Shown: positions 9,379 to 18,801, counted from the stretch's first letter. The stretch is 64,000 nt of DNA from Candidatus Eremiobacteria bacterium (GCA_963737065.1 CAVTRC010000002.1:480001-544000); one strand, 5' to 3'. The notes: generated from the letters alone by a model not told the origin. Numbers and translations: made by a program.

Positions 9379-10727
9379 GCCGACTGTTCGGAACCGACGG
9401 CGTGCGAGGTGTAGCAAACACCGAGCTCACGCCGGAACTCGCTTTTCGTATCGGGCGTGCCGGAGCGACCGTTCTTGCGCATTCGAGTCACCGGCATCGC
9501 CCGGTCATCGTCGGCCGCGATACGCGTCTTTCGGGAACAATGCTTGAGGCCGCAATTACCTCCGGGATTACGTCGGTCGGGCGCGATGTCGTTTCGATTG
9601 GAATCGTCCCGACGCCGGCAGTTGCCCGCGTAACCGTCGCGGAAGGCGCCGCAGCCGGCGTCGTGATCAGTGCCTCGCACAATCCGATCGCTGACAACGG
9701 CATCAAATTTTTCGGTCCCGACGGATTCAAGCTCTCGGATGAGAGCGAGGACGAAATCGAACAGCTCGTCATCAGCGAAACGTTACCGCGTCCGACCGGC
9801 GTAGATATCGGCGTCGCGCGGGTATCCCAGAATTTCGGAAAGCATTATTACGACGAGCTTTATAGCGTCGGCACGGCGCTCGAAGGCTTGCACATTGTCG
9901 TCGACGGCGGATTCGGCGCGGCGTACGCTATCGCACCCTATGCCTTCAGGAAGATGGGCGCGACGGTCACGGAACTTAATTGCGAAAACGACGGATCCCG
10001 GATCAACGTCGAGTGCGGTGCAACGCACATGCGCGGTTTGCAGACGAAAGTTCGCGAGTTCATCGTAGCCGGCCAAAAAAATGTTCTCGGCGTTGCGTTT
10101 GACGGCGATGCCGACCGCGCGCTCTTTGTCGATGAAGAAGGCGAGTTTGTTTCCGGCGACCATGTGATGTTTGCGATCGGCCGCGATTTGCATGCGCGCG
10201 GTGAATTGGCCGGCGATACGATCGTCGGAACGGTCATGAGTAATATCGGGTTCGAACGCGCGCTCGAAACGCACGGCATGCACTTGCTGCGCGCCGCCGT
10301 TGGCGACCGGTACGTCCTCGAACAGATGCGCGCCGGCGCGTTTGTCCTCGGAGGCGAGCAGTCGGGTCATGTCATCGACATGCGGCGCAATACGACCGGC
10401 GACGGCCCGATGACCGCGATGACGCTCTTCGGCATTGTTGTATCCTCGAAGATGCGACTGCACGATCTCGTCGCGGACGTCGTGGTCGCTCCACAGATTC
10501 TGGTAAACGTCCGAACCCCGCACAAAGACGTGCTGAAAACCGATGACGTTCGCGCTGCAATCTCGCAAGCCGAGCTCGCTCTCCAGGGGTGCGGGCGACT
10601 ATTGATCCGGCCGTCGGGGACCGAACCACTTATAAGGGTCATGGCAGAGGGCGACGATCGCAATCACATCGAGACGATCGCGCACCGGCTCGCCGGTGAA
10701 ATAGAGCAAGCGGCCGCACGTTTATAG
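9375..10727 (+). CDS. glmM: Phosphoglucosamine mutase
   Basis: LFGTDGVRG, SASHNP, FDGDADR, GGEQSGH, RPSGTEP motifs. Confidence 0.97.
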   Translation: MSRLFGTDGVRGVANTELTPELAFRIGRAGATVLAHSSHRHRPVIVGRDTRLSGTMLEAAITSGITSVGRDVVSIGIVPTPAVARVTVAEGAAAGVVISASHNPIADNGIKFFGPDGFKLSDESEDEIEQLVISETLPRPTGVDIGVARVSQNFGKHYYDELYSVGTALEGLHIVVDGGFGAAYAIAPYAFRKMGATVTELNCENDGSRINVECGATHMRGLQTKVREFIVAGQKNVLGVAFDGDADRALFVDEEGEFVSGDHVMFAIGRDLHARGELAGDTIVGTVMSNIGFERALETHGMHLLRAAVGDRYVLEQMRAGAFVLGGEQSGHVIDMRRNTTGDGPMTAMTLFGIVVSSKMRLHDLVADVVVAPQILVNVRTPHKDVLKTDDVRAAISQAELALQGCGRLLIRPSGTEPLIRVMAEGDDRNHIETIAHRLAGEIEQAAARL

Positions 10728-10844
10728 GACTGTAATTGCCCGGAAGGATACGGGGGCATTCCGATAAACCTAACGGCCCATAACAAACGGCTTTGTACAG
10801 AAAAGCTTCACATTTCTGCTGTACGAAGGCGATCACTACGCCTG

Positions 10845-10976
10845 CACAAGATCACTGAATCCGGTAGCGTGCCGGAGCGGGGGATTCCACGGTAGGGGTG
10901 AGTGGACCGGTCGGTCCTAGGGCGATCTTTCCGCCCGAACCCGTCAACTAACCTCGTAAGTGTTGTGAAAGAGGAG
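10845..10976 (+). ncRNA. c-di-AMP riboswitch (ydaO/yuaA class)
   Basis: Conserved blocks in order: CTGAATCC, CGGGGGA, GGGGTGA, TAGGG, CCGAACCCGTCAACTAACCTCGTAAG. Outer stem CACAA..CACT/AGTG.TTGTG; TCTTTC can pair with GAAAGA overlapping the RBS; sits upstream of a cell-wall hydrolase. Confidence 0.9.
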
Positions 10977-10982
10977 CATCTC

Positions 10983-11600
10983 TTGCGTCGAGCGTTAGCT
11001 GCGGGACTTTTCAGCCTTTTGCTAGCCGGATCCAACTTCGCCATTGCGCGAGCGGACATCACACCGGCGGCTGTGCACGATACGCACACCACCGTTAACG
11101 AATCTGCCGTTCAAAGCCCGGACGTTGCCGAGTGGACGTCTCATTTAATCGTTAGCGGCAACCGCGCGCACACCGCAAAGAGCGGCCAGATTCGCTCGTT
11201 TGCCGGCGGCGTGCTTGCGCGTACGTCAAAGATCGCGCGAGCGCTCACCAAGAGCGCGCTGAAGTTTCTCGGCGTTCCGTATGTCTTCGGCGGCACCGGC
11301 AGGAGCGGATTCGACTGCTCCGGTTACGTGCAGCACGTCTTTGGCATGCTCGGCATTTCGCTTCCGCGAACCGCTGATGCACAGTTCGGCGCCGGCCACA
11401 AAATCGTGGGCCGCATCAAGCCGGGCGATCTCGTGTTCTTCCAGACGTATGCACCGGGGCCGTCGCACGTCGGCATCTACCTCGGGCGCAACAAATTCGT
11501 GAGCGCGAGCTCGAGCCAAGGCGTGTCGATTTCCAGTCTCAAGGATCCGTACTGGCGTTCGCACTACATCGGCGCAAAGCGCCTTCTCGCCTCGCGATAG
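10983..11600 (+). CDS. Secreted NlpC/P60 (C40) peptidoglycan endopeptidase
   Basis: GVPYVFGG, FDCSG, PGDLVFF, HVGIY motifs. Start moved to TTG 10983 after RBS GAGGAG, giving a signal peptide; the track's 10902 start lies inside the riboswitch. Confidence 0.92.
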   Translation: MRRALAAGLFSLLLAGSNFAIARADITPAAVHDTHTTVNESAVQSPDVAEWTSHLIVSGNRAHTAKSGQIRSFAGGVLARTSKIARALTKSALKFLGVPYVFGGTGRSGFDCSGYVQHVFGMLGISLPRTADAQFGAGHKIVGRIKPGDLVFFQTYAPGPSHVGIYLGRNKFVSASSSQGVSISSLKDPYWRSHYIGAKRLLASR

Positions 11601-11656
11601 AAACGCACGCCTCCCGCGTCGCCGCGGAATCGCAGGTCGTCTCGGTCGCGTACCTT

Positions 11657-11989
11657 GTGTGGCCGCTAGCGATCTACGCTCGCATCGCTCCTCGTCCCGA
11701 TCCATCGACCTGGTATCAATATCAGCTTCGCCAAGCGCTCTGGTTCGGCAATCTGTCGGCAATCACGGCGTTCGTCGCGTTAGTGTGGCCGCTCATCATC
11801 ACGCTCGCCGTTACCAACGTCGTCGCGACGATTTGGGTCTACGTCCTCGCGATGCTGATCGATATTGCGCTCTTCGTTCTGTGGCTCGTTCGGGCAATCA
11901 ACTATAGTCAGCGAGCCGCGCGCGGCGAACTCTTCGAAGTGCCGGTCGTCTCCAGAATCACCGGGGGTCTTCACGGCAGCATGCGCTGA
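11657..11989 (+). CDS. Small membrane protein (DUF4870-like)
   Basis: AYLVWP..YQLRQAL, hydrophobic helices and C-terminal A.RGELFEVP. Frame is open further upstream, so the start is uncertain. Confidence 0.65.
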   Translation: MWPLAIYARIAPRPDPSTWYQYQLRQALWFGNLSAITAFVALVWPLIITLAVTNVVATIWVYVLAMLIDIALFVLWLVRAINYSQRAARGELFEVPVVSRITGGLHGSMR

Positions 11990-12164
11990 GTGCCAAGCGC
12001 AAGAATCTACGCCCGACTGGAACCCCACGTGACGTGACAGGGACATCAATGTACGCGTAGTATCGTAGCCGGCTGTGCCTACGCGCACAATGGGGTCGCC
12101 GCACGAAGCGGTGACGCCATCAGAGCGACATGATGTCGCGCTTTTGGGCAATGCCGAAAACTGA

Positions 12165-12236
12165 TGGGGTGTAGCCAAGCGGTAAGGCAGCGGACTTTGA
12201 CTCCGCCATGCGTTGGTTCGAATCCAGCCACCCCAG
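12165..12236 (+). tRNA. tRNA-Gln (anticodon TTG); CCA not encoded
   Basis: TGGGGTG/CACCCCA acceptor stem, AGCCAAGCGGTAAGGC D arm, GCGGA-CTTTGAC-TCCGC anticodon arm, GGTTCGAATCC T arm. Confidence 0.96.
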
Positions 12237-12241
12237 CATTG

Positions 12242-12274
12242 AGACTCGCGCTGCATGTGAGTCTTTCTATTTTG
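12242..12274 (+). terminator. Probable terminator after tRNA-Gln
   Basis: AGACTCGC/GTGAGTCT stem followed by TTCTATTTT. Confidence 0.55.
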
Positions 12275-12333
12275 GGTCACCGGCGGTTGAACTTCTTTTG
12301 CGGTGAACGCCGTGTGCGTCTTCGTCCCGGCAT

Positions 12334-12684
12334 TTATTTCTCGGCGTGCGTCGCCCGAAATTGCACGAGTCGGCGAAGCAAATCTTCCGGAACCGGATCG
12401 GAATAGCGGAAGCGGATTGTGCTGCCGTCGACGTCGTGCTTCGCAAGTTCACTTTCGAACGCTGTGCGGACCGCTTCGTTCATCGCGTACATCGCGTAAT
12501 GTTGCTTCCATGCGGCAAAATGCACGAACCGCTTACCGCGGATTTTGTACGTCGGCATGTCGTATGCGATCGTTTCTTCCGCCTCGGGAACCGCCGTGCG
12601 GATAACGGCGCGGACGCGTTGAAGCGTAAGACGAACGGCGTCCGGCTGCGCCGCGATGTACGCGTCGACCGATTCAAACGCCAT
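12334..12684 (-). CDS. DUF1801/YdhG-like protein
   Basis: SVDAYIAAQP..R..I....P.AEE.I.Y.MP.Y..HFAAWKQHY..TIRF pattern. Confidence 0.85.
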   Translation of the reverse strand: MAFESVDAYIAAQPDAVRLTLQRVRAVIRTAVPEAEETIAYDMPTYKIRGKRFVHFAAWKQHYAMYAMNEAVRTAFESELAKHDVDGSTIRFRYSDPVPEDLLRRLVQFRATHAEK

Positions 12685-12998
12685 TGGCGCGGCATTCCTT
12701 GCTCAGCTGACTTGCGAATCGTCCAGAAGTCGCGCTGCAACTCTTGCGCCGCAGCTGGTTGTACACCGCGGCGCAATACTCGCGTAGATCGGCCGACGGC
12801 GGCGGAGCGACGCGCGGCATGAAGCGCACGTGAGCGTCGCGTTTGTTCACCAGATGGCCGGCGTGCGTCCCAGTCACGCCGCCAAATTACGCGACGGCGT
12901 TTAGCCCGCCTGCTCTCGCGCGATGCCCGCATACCGGATGAGGGTGATCGCGGTACGCAGGTGAGCGGGCGTCTACGGTTGCACAACGATCATGGAGC

Positions 12999-13955
12999 AT
13001 GACGTCACGCGCCGCTGCATCACTTCACATCACGAACGGTGATTCCGTCGTTTATACGTTCAAGAAGGCAGGGATTCTCGGAACCCATCTTCCGTGGCGC
13101 GACGCGCTCCACGAAGGACCCGTCCCGGGACATTTACGGTTGGAAGAGTGCAGCCGTGTCCGGGGCGCATATCTAGGGTCGCGTGGACACGGCAAACCCA
13201 TTCGCGTACTGCGCGATTTCGAAGCGCGCGACGCGGTGGTTCGCCGGGCGGCTGCGTTCGACGAAGTAGTGTTGTGGTTCGAGCATGACCTCTACGATCA
13301 ACTCCAGATTCTGCAGATCTTGGACGTGTTGCGCGCAATGAATCTCGAACCCGGACGGGTCTCGATCGTGCAAAGCGACAGCTATCTCGGAAGTATGACG
13401 GCCGAAGAGATTGTGATGCTTCACCCGAAACGCCGGACGGTTACGCGAGCGATGTTCGACCGTGCGTCAACCCTTTGGCATGATTTCTGCTCGGCGAATC
13501 CGGCCGCGCTTCTCTCCGCAAGCCAGAGCGAAGATCCGGGATTTCCGCATTTACGCACGGCGTTGCGACGCATGTGCGAGGAGCATCCGTGGGTAGGCGA
13601 CGGCCTCTCGCGCTCGCAGCGCCAAGCGTTGCAATCCGTCGCGCAGGGCCCGGCGCGAAACGACGAAGTGTTCCGGCGTGCGCAATCCCGTGAAGAAGCG
13701 CCATTCTTTGGCGATACGACCTTCTATGCGCTTCTGCACGATTTGCGCCGCGGCCCCGCGCCGCTCGTTGAAGAGGATGGTGGTCTCTACGCGCCGACCG
13801 GACTTGGACGCCGCGTACTTGCCGGCGACGCGGATTGGCTCGAAGCCGCTCCGGCCGATCGCTGGATCGGCGGCGTGCACGTCGCCGGATCGAACCCCGC
13901 GCGATGGGACGATCTCCGCGGAACCTTCCGGACCGGCGAGGAGGCGGCAGATTGA
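12999..13955 (+). CDS. DUF1835 domain protein
   Basis: LHITNGDS, PWRDALHEGPVP, VVLWFEHDLYDQLQ, DRWIGGV motifs. Confidence 0.8.
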   Translation: MTSRAAASLHITNGDSVVYTFKKAGILGTHLPWRDALHEGPVPGHLRLEECSRVRGAYLGSRGHGKPIRVLRDFEARDAVVRRAAAFDEVVLWFEHDLYDQLQILQILDVLRAMNLEPGRVSIVQSDSYLGSMTAEEIVMLHPKRRTVTRAMFDRASTLWHDFCSANPAALLSASQSEDPGFPHLRTALRRMCEEHPWVGDGLSRSQRQALQSVAQGPARNDEVFRRAQSREEAPFFGDTTFYALLHDLRRGPAPLVEEDGGLYAPTGLGRRVLAGDADWLEAAPADRWIGGVHVAGSNPARWDDLRGTFRTGEEAAD

Positions 13956-14290
13956 ATCTGCGCGAGCTCATTGATGAACTCGTCTCCGCCTGGCATGCGG
14001 GCGATGCGCTGCGCGCGAGCGCATTCTTTGCAGCCGACGGCGTCTATCATGAGTCGGGACATGAGCCGATTCGTGGGCGAGATGCGATCGCCGCATACTT
14101 CACGCGCTTCTTCCGCGACGGTCCACCGTGGCGGTTGACGATAGCGGATGTGTTGATTGACGGAGATCGAGCCGCAGTGGCGTACACGTTCGAGACGCAG
14201 CATGACGGCGTGTGGCAGACGCGCGAAGGTTGTGCCCTGGTTCGGCGACAACGCGGTGCGGTCGTCCAATGGCGCGAGTATCACGGATAA
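13952..14290 (+). CDS. SnoaL/NTF2-like protein
   Basis: FAADGVY..PIRGRDAI..DGDRAAV..WREY; TTG start overlaps the upstream stop. Confidence 0.8.
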   Translation: MNLRELIDELVSAWHAGDALRASAFFAADGVYHESGHEPIRGRDAIAAYFTRFFRDGPPWRLTIADVLIDGDRAAVAYTFETQHDGVWQTREGCALVRRQRGAVVQWREYHG

Positions 14291-14300
14291 GGAGCGAACG

Positions 14301-14669
14301 ATGTCGCATGACGTGTTGAGTATCGATATCACAAACGAAGGAGATGCCGTAATCTATCGGCTGCGCGGCACTTTGGACGTCGCAACGTCGCCGTCGGTCC
14401 GCGCGGCATTGATGCAAACCGCGAGTGAAGGCAATCACGAGATCGTCGTCGATTTGACGAAGCTTGAATTTCTTGATTCGACGGGACTCGGGGCACTGAT
14501 CGGCGCGCATCGCCGCGCGATCGAGAACGGCGGAAAAATTCGTCTTGCGGTCGGTGAAGGCCAAATTCAACGCCTGCTCAACATCACCGGGCTGATCCGC
14601 ATCTTCCCGGTTTACACCACGCTACAAGACGCGATCGGCGAAAACGATCGTATGACCGCGACGATTTAG
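14301..14669 (+). CDS. STAS-domain anti-sigma factor antagonist
   Basis: G.LD.ATSP, VDL..LEFLDSTGLG motif with phosphoacceptor Ser; RBS AAGGAG. Confidence 0.9.
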   Translation: MSHDVLSIDITNEGDAVIYRLRGTLDVATSPSVRAALMQTASEGNHEIVVDLTKLEFLDSTGLGALIGAHRRAIENGGKIRLAVGEGQIQRLLNITGLIRIFPVYTTLQDAIGENDRMTATI

Positions 14670-14742
14670 CGATACGCTTCCTCTATCACGGTAGCGGGCT
14701 TTCGCCTTCCGGTATGAAAAGAGCGGGTCCGCAAGGAAACAC

Positions 14743-15192
14743 GTGGGTGTGACGGATTTGGAACTCGTGCACGTTAACGTCGCTTCTCCGGCCGGTGCGT
14801 ACACCGTCGGCGATCCGTCGTTCTTTCACTACATCCTGCGCTTATCTGAATTAGGGCTCGCGCTGCCGATGGACGACCGTGAAGCACTCGACATTTTGGC
14901 CGCGATCCCGCATGCGTTCGAGCCGGACGACGAGCTTGGTCCGCTCTCCGGCGCGGGTTGGCGCGTCGTGCCGGCGCAGACCGAGCTCGACTGGCCGGTG
15001 CTGGAAGCAACGCCGCAACGATTGCGCACCGCGCTCGAGCGCGCGCACGCGATTTTGTGGAGCAACGCCGCCCGCTGCGCCGTTTCCGCGCGTGAGATTA
15101 CGTCGATCGAACGTGAGCTCGATGCCGTGTACGTCGTGCTGATGCGCGCGGAAGCCGCGGGCTTCACCGTCAACGTCTCTTACGTCGCGTAG
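14743..15192 (+). CDS. Hypothetical protein
   Basis: 149-aa ORF with RBS AAGGA and host-like codon usage. Confidence 0.6.
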   Translation: MGVTDLELVHVNVASPAGAYTVGDPSFFHYILRLSELGLALPMDDREALDILAAIPHAFEPDDELGPLSGAGWRVVPAQTELDWPVLEATPQRLRTALERAHAILWSNAARCAVSAREITSIERELDAVYVVLMRAEAAGFTVNVSYVA

Positions 15193-15208
15193 ATCCGCGC
15201 GCTTACCG

Positions 15209-16111
15209 ATCGTCCTGCCGCTGCGCGGTGCGGGCGGCGAGCCGGTTTCGTTTCCTTTTACAATCCGTTCGCACGGTCTCGCGCGCCTTCCACCAGGCCG
15301 AATCGACGAACGCGCACCGGCGTACGACATCACCGTCGCACTCGACGGGACGATCGTCACATTGCGCTTTACCGAACAGGACGGGATGTTGCATATCGGC
15401 TTCGACGGTGGGCTTTCGGCCCACCACGAACGCGCGATCCGCGCGACCGCGACGCGGATGTTCCGGCTGGACGACAACCTCGCGCCGTTCTACGACATGA
15501 TCGCAGGCGATCCCGATTTGAGTTGGGCTCGCGGCGGTGCAGGCCGTATGCTTGCGAGTCCGCGCGTCTTCGATGATGTGATTCGGACGATTTGTACGAC
15601 GAATTGCGCCTGGTCTGCTACGACGCGTATGATTACGGCGCTCGTTGAACTTGCGAGCGGAGCGTTCCCCGATGCGGCATTGCTTGCGCGTACGCCCGCT
15701 CGGTGGTTCACCGACGTCGCGCGCATGGGATATCGCGGTCCGTACGTGCGCAAAATCGCGACGGACGTCGTCGAGAACGACCTGAACTTGGAGGTTCTTC
15801 TGCCGCATCACGGATTGGGAGAAGAAGAGGTCGAGAAGCGCCTTTTAGCGTTGCCCGGTGTCGGTCCGTATGCCGCCGCGCACATGATGCAGCTGCTGGG
15901 CTACCATCATCGCCTCATTCTCGACTCATGGACGCGCCCGACATATGCGAAGCTCGCAAACAAAAAGCGCGCCTCCGATACGACGATTCGCCGCCGTTTC
16001 GCGCGATACGGGCGATTCGCCGGACTCGCGTTTTGGCTCTACCTCACTCGTCGCTGGCACGACGGTGCCGCGAAGATCGGCCTCGATAGCGAGTTAGTGG
16101 ACGAGGAGTAG
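15209..16111 (+). CDS. HhH-GPD DNA glycosylase (AlkA/Ogg-like), apparent frameshift near 15255
   Basis: ICTTNCAW, GYRG, LLALPGVGPYAA helix-hairpin-helix, LDSW. Coding-like text (LPLRGAGGEPVSF / TIRSHGL) continues upstream of 15362 across a one-base shift; start unresolved. Confidence 0.75.
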   Translation: MVLPLRGAGGEPVSFPFTIRSHGLARLPPGRIDERAPAYDITVALDGTIVTLRFTEQDGMLHIGFDGGLSAHHERAIRATATRMFRLDDNLAPFYDMIAGDPDLSWARGGAGRMLASPRVFDDVIRTICTTNCAWSATTRMITALVELASGAFPDAALLARTPARWFTDVARMGYRGPYVRKIATDVVENDLNLEVLLPHHGLGEEEVEKRLLALPGVGPYAAAHMMQLLGYHHRLILDSWTRPTYAKLANKKRASDTTIRRRFARYGRFAGLAFWLYLTRRWHDGAAKIGLDSELVDEE

Positions 16112-17332
16112 CGCGGCGCCGAGCGCCGGCAGCAATACGACTGTGCCGATCTGCGAAAACTGCCACACGGTCACATCGATCCCTTCGCGCCGCAGGACGA
16201 CGAGCCATAGCAGCGTGGCGAGCGAACCGGAGACGGCAAGGTTCGGTCCGAGATCAATCGCAACGAGCGTCGCGTGCGCGACGCGCGGCGTAACGCTCGC
16301 TGACTGCAGCGCGACGCCGGAAGCCAACGCAACCGGCAGATTGTTGAAGAGATTACACGCAAGCATCATGATTGCGCCGATCGAAAAGACGCCTGCAATG
16401 GAGTCGCTTCGCTCCAGCAACATACGAATCGCATCGATCGCGCCGCTGCGATCGAGCGCGCTGACGATAACGAAGAGTCCCGCGACGAGCGGCACGATCG
16501 ACCACGGCGTGTGCCGTATCGCGGCGGCTGCGCTCGCCGGTGCGCGCGCGCTTATCGTGGCGAACGACACAACGGCGGCACCAAGCGCCGTGTATCCGAC
16601 GTTCATACCAAAGCTCGTTGCCGCAACGAGCGCCATGGCCGAGAGGACGAGCAGTGCTGTCGTCCAAGCCGTCGTTCGGCCCGTGGCGGGCTCGGTGGTC
16701 CGATAGCTGTACCGTTCGTGAAGTTTCCGGCGGTAGAGCAGGCGCATCGCGGCATACGTCAGCAGGATTGCGGCGGCCGCCGCGAGACCGAAGCTGCGCA
16801 GCCATGGTATCAACGGCGGGAGCGCGTCGCCGAACAGCACGAGATTCGCCGGATTCGAGATCGGGAAAACAAACGACGCCGCGTTCGCGACAAACGCGCA
16901 GATGTAGAGAAACGGCAACGGCGCGCACTGCGTGCGCGCGAGCATAGCGAGCACCGCAGGGGTCAACACCACGACGGTCGTGTCGTTTGAAAGCAACGCC
17001 GTGATGATCGTCCCGGCGGCAAAGACGAGCGCAAAAAGCCGCCCCTGCGATCCGGCCGCCGCGCGCAGCAATCGGAGCGCGAGGATCTCGAACACTTGCT
17101 CGGAGCGCGCGAGCTCCGCTAAACTCAGAATTCCGACGAGAAACGCGTAGACGTCTGCGCCACGCCAGACGGCGCGCGCGACGTCACCGGGACTCATCGC
17201 GCTTGCGATTGCCGCGAGCACGCCGCCGGCGACCGCCCATGTCCATTCGGGCGTCCGGCGCGGACGTAACAAAATACCGCCTACCGCGCAGGCGCTTACG
17301 GCCCAAACGGCTGCCGTTTGAACGGATGACAT
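16094..17332 (-). CDS. ArsB/SLC13-type anion permease
   Basis: LSNDTTVVVLTP, ANAASFVFPISNPAN, NNLP and DLGPNL..GSLATLLW motifs. Confidence 0.85.
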   Translation of the reverse strand: MSSVQTAAVWAVSACAVGGILLRPRRTPEWTWAVAGGVLAAIASAMSPGDVARAVWRGADVYAFLVGILSLAELARSEQVFEILALRLLRAAAGSQGRLFALVFAAGTIITALLSNDTTVVVLTPAVLAMLARTQCAPLPFLYICAFVANAASFVFPISNPANLVLFGDALPPLIPWLRSFGLAAAAAILLTYAAMRLLYRRKLHERYSYRTTEPATGRTTAWTTALLVLSAMALVAATSFGMNVGYTALGAAVVSFATISARAPASAAAAIRHTPWSIVPLVAGLFVIVSALDRSGAIDAIRMLLERSDSIAGVFSIGAIMMLACNLFNNLPVALASGVALQSASVTPRVAHATLVAIDLGPNLAVSGSLATLLWLVVLRREGIDVTVWQFSQIGTVVLLPALGAALLLVH

Positions 17333-17341
17333 CGAATTCGT

Positions 17342-18346
17342 CTACGCGGGATCGTCCGATACAACTGCGCGGTCGCGCAGGTGATGTTCTTCGTAACTGC
17401 GGCGGACGTGTTCCATCGTCATCTCGGCGTAAATCTGCGTGGTCTGAATGCTTTCATGCCCCAGAAACTCTTTGATCGTCATCAAATCGACGCCGCTTTG
17501 ATGAAGATGCGTGGCGACGGAATGCCGCATGGTGTGCGGGGTTACTTTCCCTTCTAATCCGCTTAGCTTTACGTACGCGGAGAACACTTTGCCGAGCTGC
17601 TGATAGCTCAGCCGCCGGTGTTGTTTGCTGACGAACAACGCGCCGTCTTCGCAGCGCGGACGAACGTCGAGGTACGCCTTGAGTGCGGTGGCGGTCGCTT
17701 CGTTGAAAAACACTGTTCGTTGCTTATTGCCTTTGCCGATCACCCGAATCGTCCGATCGTCGAAATTTACGTCGCTGACGTCGATGCCGACGAGTTCGGC
17801 GCGACGGATGCCGCTAGCGTAGAGCAACTCGAGGATCGCGATATCACGGCGCCATCGCATCTCCGGCGCTCCCGCCTGCGGACGCGTGCCGAGCAGCCGC
17901 ATGACATCCGTAAAGGGCAATGCTTTGGGAAGCCGCTTCGGAAGACGAATGTTCGGGACGTCGGCTGCCGGGTTGTCCGCGCGCGCGCCCTCGCGCTTCA
18001 GATAGGCGTAAAACCGTCGCAACACGGCCAGCTTTCGCCGAATCGCGGCCTCAGTGAAGTCGTGCCGGCTCAGGTGCATGACGAATTGACGCACCGACGA
18101 AGGGGTCGCGTCGCGAAGCTCTGCCCCAAACGGGCCACGATATGGCGTGCCATCCGGATTTGTGATACTGCGGCCTAGTACGAACGCGCCGAAGATCTCG
18201 ACGTCCCGCGTATACTCACGTACCGTGCGAGCACCGCGACGCAATTCGAGCGTTAGCTGGGATGCGAACTCGCTAACCAGTGGGTCTAACGGGTGCGAAT
18301 CCCGCCGCCTTCGATCCCCCGCCGATGGCGGCCCGTGTTTCTCCAA
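17342..18346 (-). CDS. Tyrosine recombinase, XerC/XerD-like
   Basis: Full catalytic set: R (GIRRAEL), K (GKGNK), HxxR (HTMRH), H (LGH), Y (TQIY); N-terminal SAM-like domain; no integron-integrase insertion. Confidence 0.92.
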   Translation of the reverse strand: MEKHGPPSAGDRRRRDSHPLDPLVSEFASQLTLELRRGARTVREYTRDVEIFGAFVLGRSITNPDGTPYRGPFGAELRDATPSSVRQFVMHLSRHDFTEAAIRRKLAVLRRFYAYLKREGARADNPAADVPNIRLPKRLPKALPFTDVMRLLGTRPQAGAPEMRWRRDIAILELLYASGIRRAELVGIDVSDVNFDDRTIRVIGKGNKQRTVFFNEATATALKAYLDVRPRCEDGALFVSKQHRRLSYQQLGKVFSAYVKLSGLEGKVTPHTMRHSVATHLHQSGVDLMTIKEFLGHESIQTTQIYAEMTMEHVRRSYEEHHLRDRAVVSDDPA

Positions 18347-18372
18347 GGGGCACCCCTTCTCGGACGATTTTC

Positions 18373-18404
18373 TAACTAGCGCAAATATTGGTTTGTGCTA
18401 ATTA
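18373..18404. promoter_or_regulatory. 13-6-13 imperfect palindrome (dif-like recombination site or operator)
   Basis: TAACTAGCGCAAA-TATTGG-TTTGTGCTAATTA; arms match 11/13; AT-rich; 26 nt upstream of the recombinase start. Confidence 0.6.
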
Positions 18405-18801
18405 CGCTGTCCGTAGTCGCGGACCTGTCCGTCGTTCGTAAGTTGTTCACCGCTAGCGCCGCCGCGCGTACCGAGGCGCTCGATCGGCATAGCGCCCGCG
18501 CTCCACTCGGAGCATGAATTGGATCTGCGTCGCGATTGAGCCGGCCCGCCACGTTGCGCACTATCCGCTGATCCTCGAACTCGCAACGAGTACGACCGTC
18601 GGCTTTGAAGCGCGCGCACGTGACGTATTCTGCGTCGAAGCTGTTCGTCGATCACTTCGACACGGATGGACGCGCGCGTGTAATCGTACACAGGATCGTT
18701 GTGCGTATGCACGCTAGCGCGCATCTTGCCACTGTAACGGACGCTTTCGCCCTGCCGCTCGGAGAGGTGAAAGCGCCGAGCGACGGAAACGCAAACGCGA
18801 T

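Noticed and set aside
10902..10982. N-terminal extension of the NlpC/P60 ORF
   Set aside because: It overlaps the riboswitch; the RBS and signal peptide support TTG at 10983.
12690..12995. Small ORFs or ncRNA between the DUF1801 and DUF1835 genes
   Set aside because: No frame has a convincing start, RBS or motif, and I recognised no RNA structure.
17342..18346. Integron integrase or prophage integrase
   Set aside because: No IntI-specific insertion before the HxxR box, no attC cassette array, and no phage genes nearby.
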